NCBI RefSeq assembly: GCF_006345805.1
Contig: NC_042998.1
Coordinates: 42,160,001 to 42,224,000 of the forward strand
Direction: 5' to 3'
Length of the DNA stretch: 64,000 bases
Source of the DNA: Octopus sinensis
Lineage: Eukaryota
Shown here: in pieces, positions 63,385 to 64,000 of the stretch
How positions within the stretch are numbered: the first letter of the stretch is position 1
How the letters are laid out: the number at the start of each line of letters is the position of its first letter
The notes under the pieces: model-generated
Told to the model about the DNA's origin: nothing
The model's database searches: none
The model's input: the letters and a program-made list of their open reading frames with translations, nothing else
Translations under genes and position numbers: made by a program

Positions 63385-63758
63385 TATATATCTCTTATTA
63401 TAAAAGGCAGATTTTATCTGCCTCCCTTTGTATCTTATAGAAATCTACAATATAGGATTTCTTCAATTACAATTTACCTAGCATTTTTAAGAGTAGAATG
63501 CATCGGGTCGTGCCAGGTCCAGTTTTTAAAATTTCAACCCCAATTAAGCAAAATTTAGAGAAAACTCACATTGTGGTGTATAAGTCAAATGCTTCTCTTA
63601 GTGTGGCCTACACCACACGCACACGCACACACACAGTGTGCAACGAATAAAGTGAAAGTAATTCACTTCTTGTAGTGAGTGACTCTTTCACTCTGCCACT
63701 TCCTCTTTACACACATAGACACGCAAATATATAAATAAAATTGTAAGCTAATGTGTGT

Positions 63759-63802
<44 letters not shown>

Positions 63803-64000
63803 GTGCGTGTGTGTGCGTGTGCGTGAGTGTGTGACAGGAAAGTTTTTTAGGACGAATATAAGACCTATATCCAAGTAGCAGAAAGATCGCCCAAAAGTGT
63901 ATATAGATATTTAAATGTATTTATATATTCATCTATACACAGATGTATGTATAATGTGTGTGTATATATTTCCATACACGTAACCATTCACTCCGCACAA

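Noticed and set aside
58944-64000. Further AXDND1 exons
   Set aside because: No phase-0 exon with AXDND1-like sequence found; the next exon is probably beyond the window.

Overview
AT-rich, repeat-dense eukaryotic genomic DNA, very probably cephalopod (Octopus-type tRNA-derived SINEs and long (TA)n/(CATA)n tracts; taxon is inference). It holds two head-to-head spliced genes that I assembled by hand from GT-AG junctions with consistent reading phase. SURF2 is on the minus strand (ATG 22305, about 10.6-22.3 kb). AXDND1 is on the plus strand (ATG 23887, 12 coding exons = 382 codons in the window, continuing past the right edge). They share a very compact promoter with an inverted ETS pair and an RFX X-box-like site. 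Main unusual features: (1) a family of type I hammerhead ribozyme (HHR) motifs, including a ~490-bp tandem array with one intact HHR per unit plus an inverted copy (retrozyme/Penelope-like) in the last SURF2 intron, a truncated Penelope element with inverted pLTRs each carrying an HHR, and several HHRs in the sense orientation of host pre-mRNAs; (2) SURF2 exon 4 present as three intact, frame-symmetric tandem copies, with the terminal exon looking like a fourth, older copy. The rest is decayed LINEs (HERO, CR1, RTE), Tc1/mariner remnants, MITEs, a Gypsy remnant, minisatellites and an intron-containing tRNA-Lys pseudogene. All homology calls are from recognition of motifs, not from database searches.
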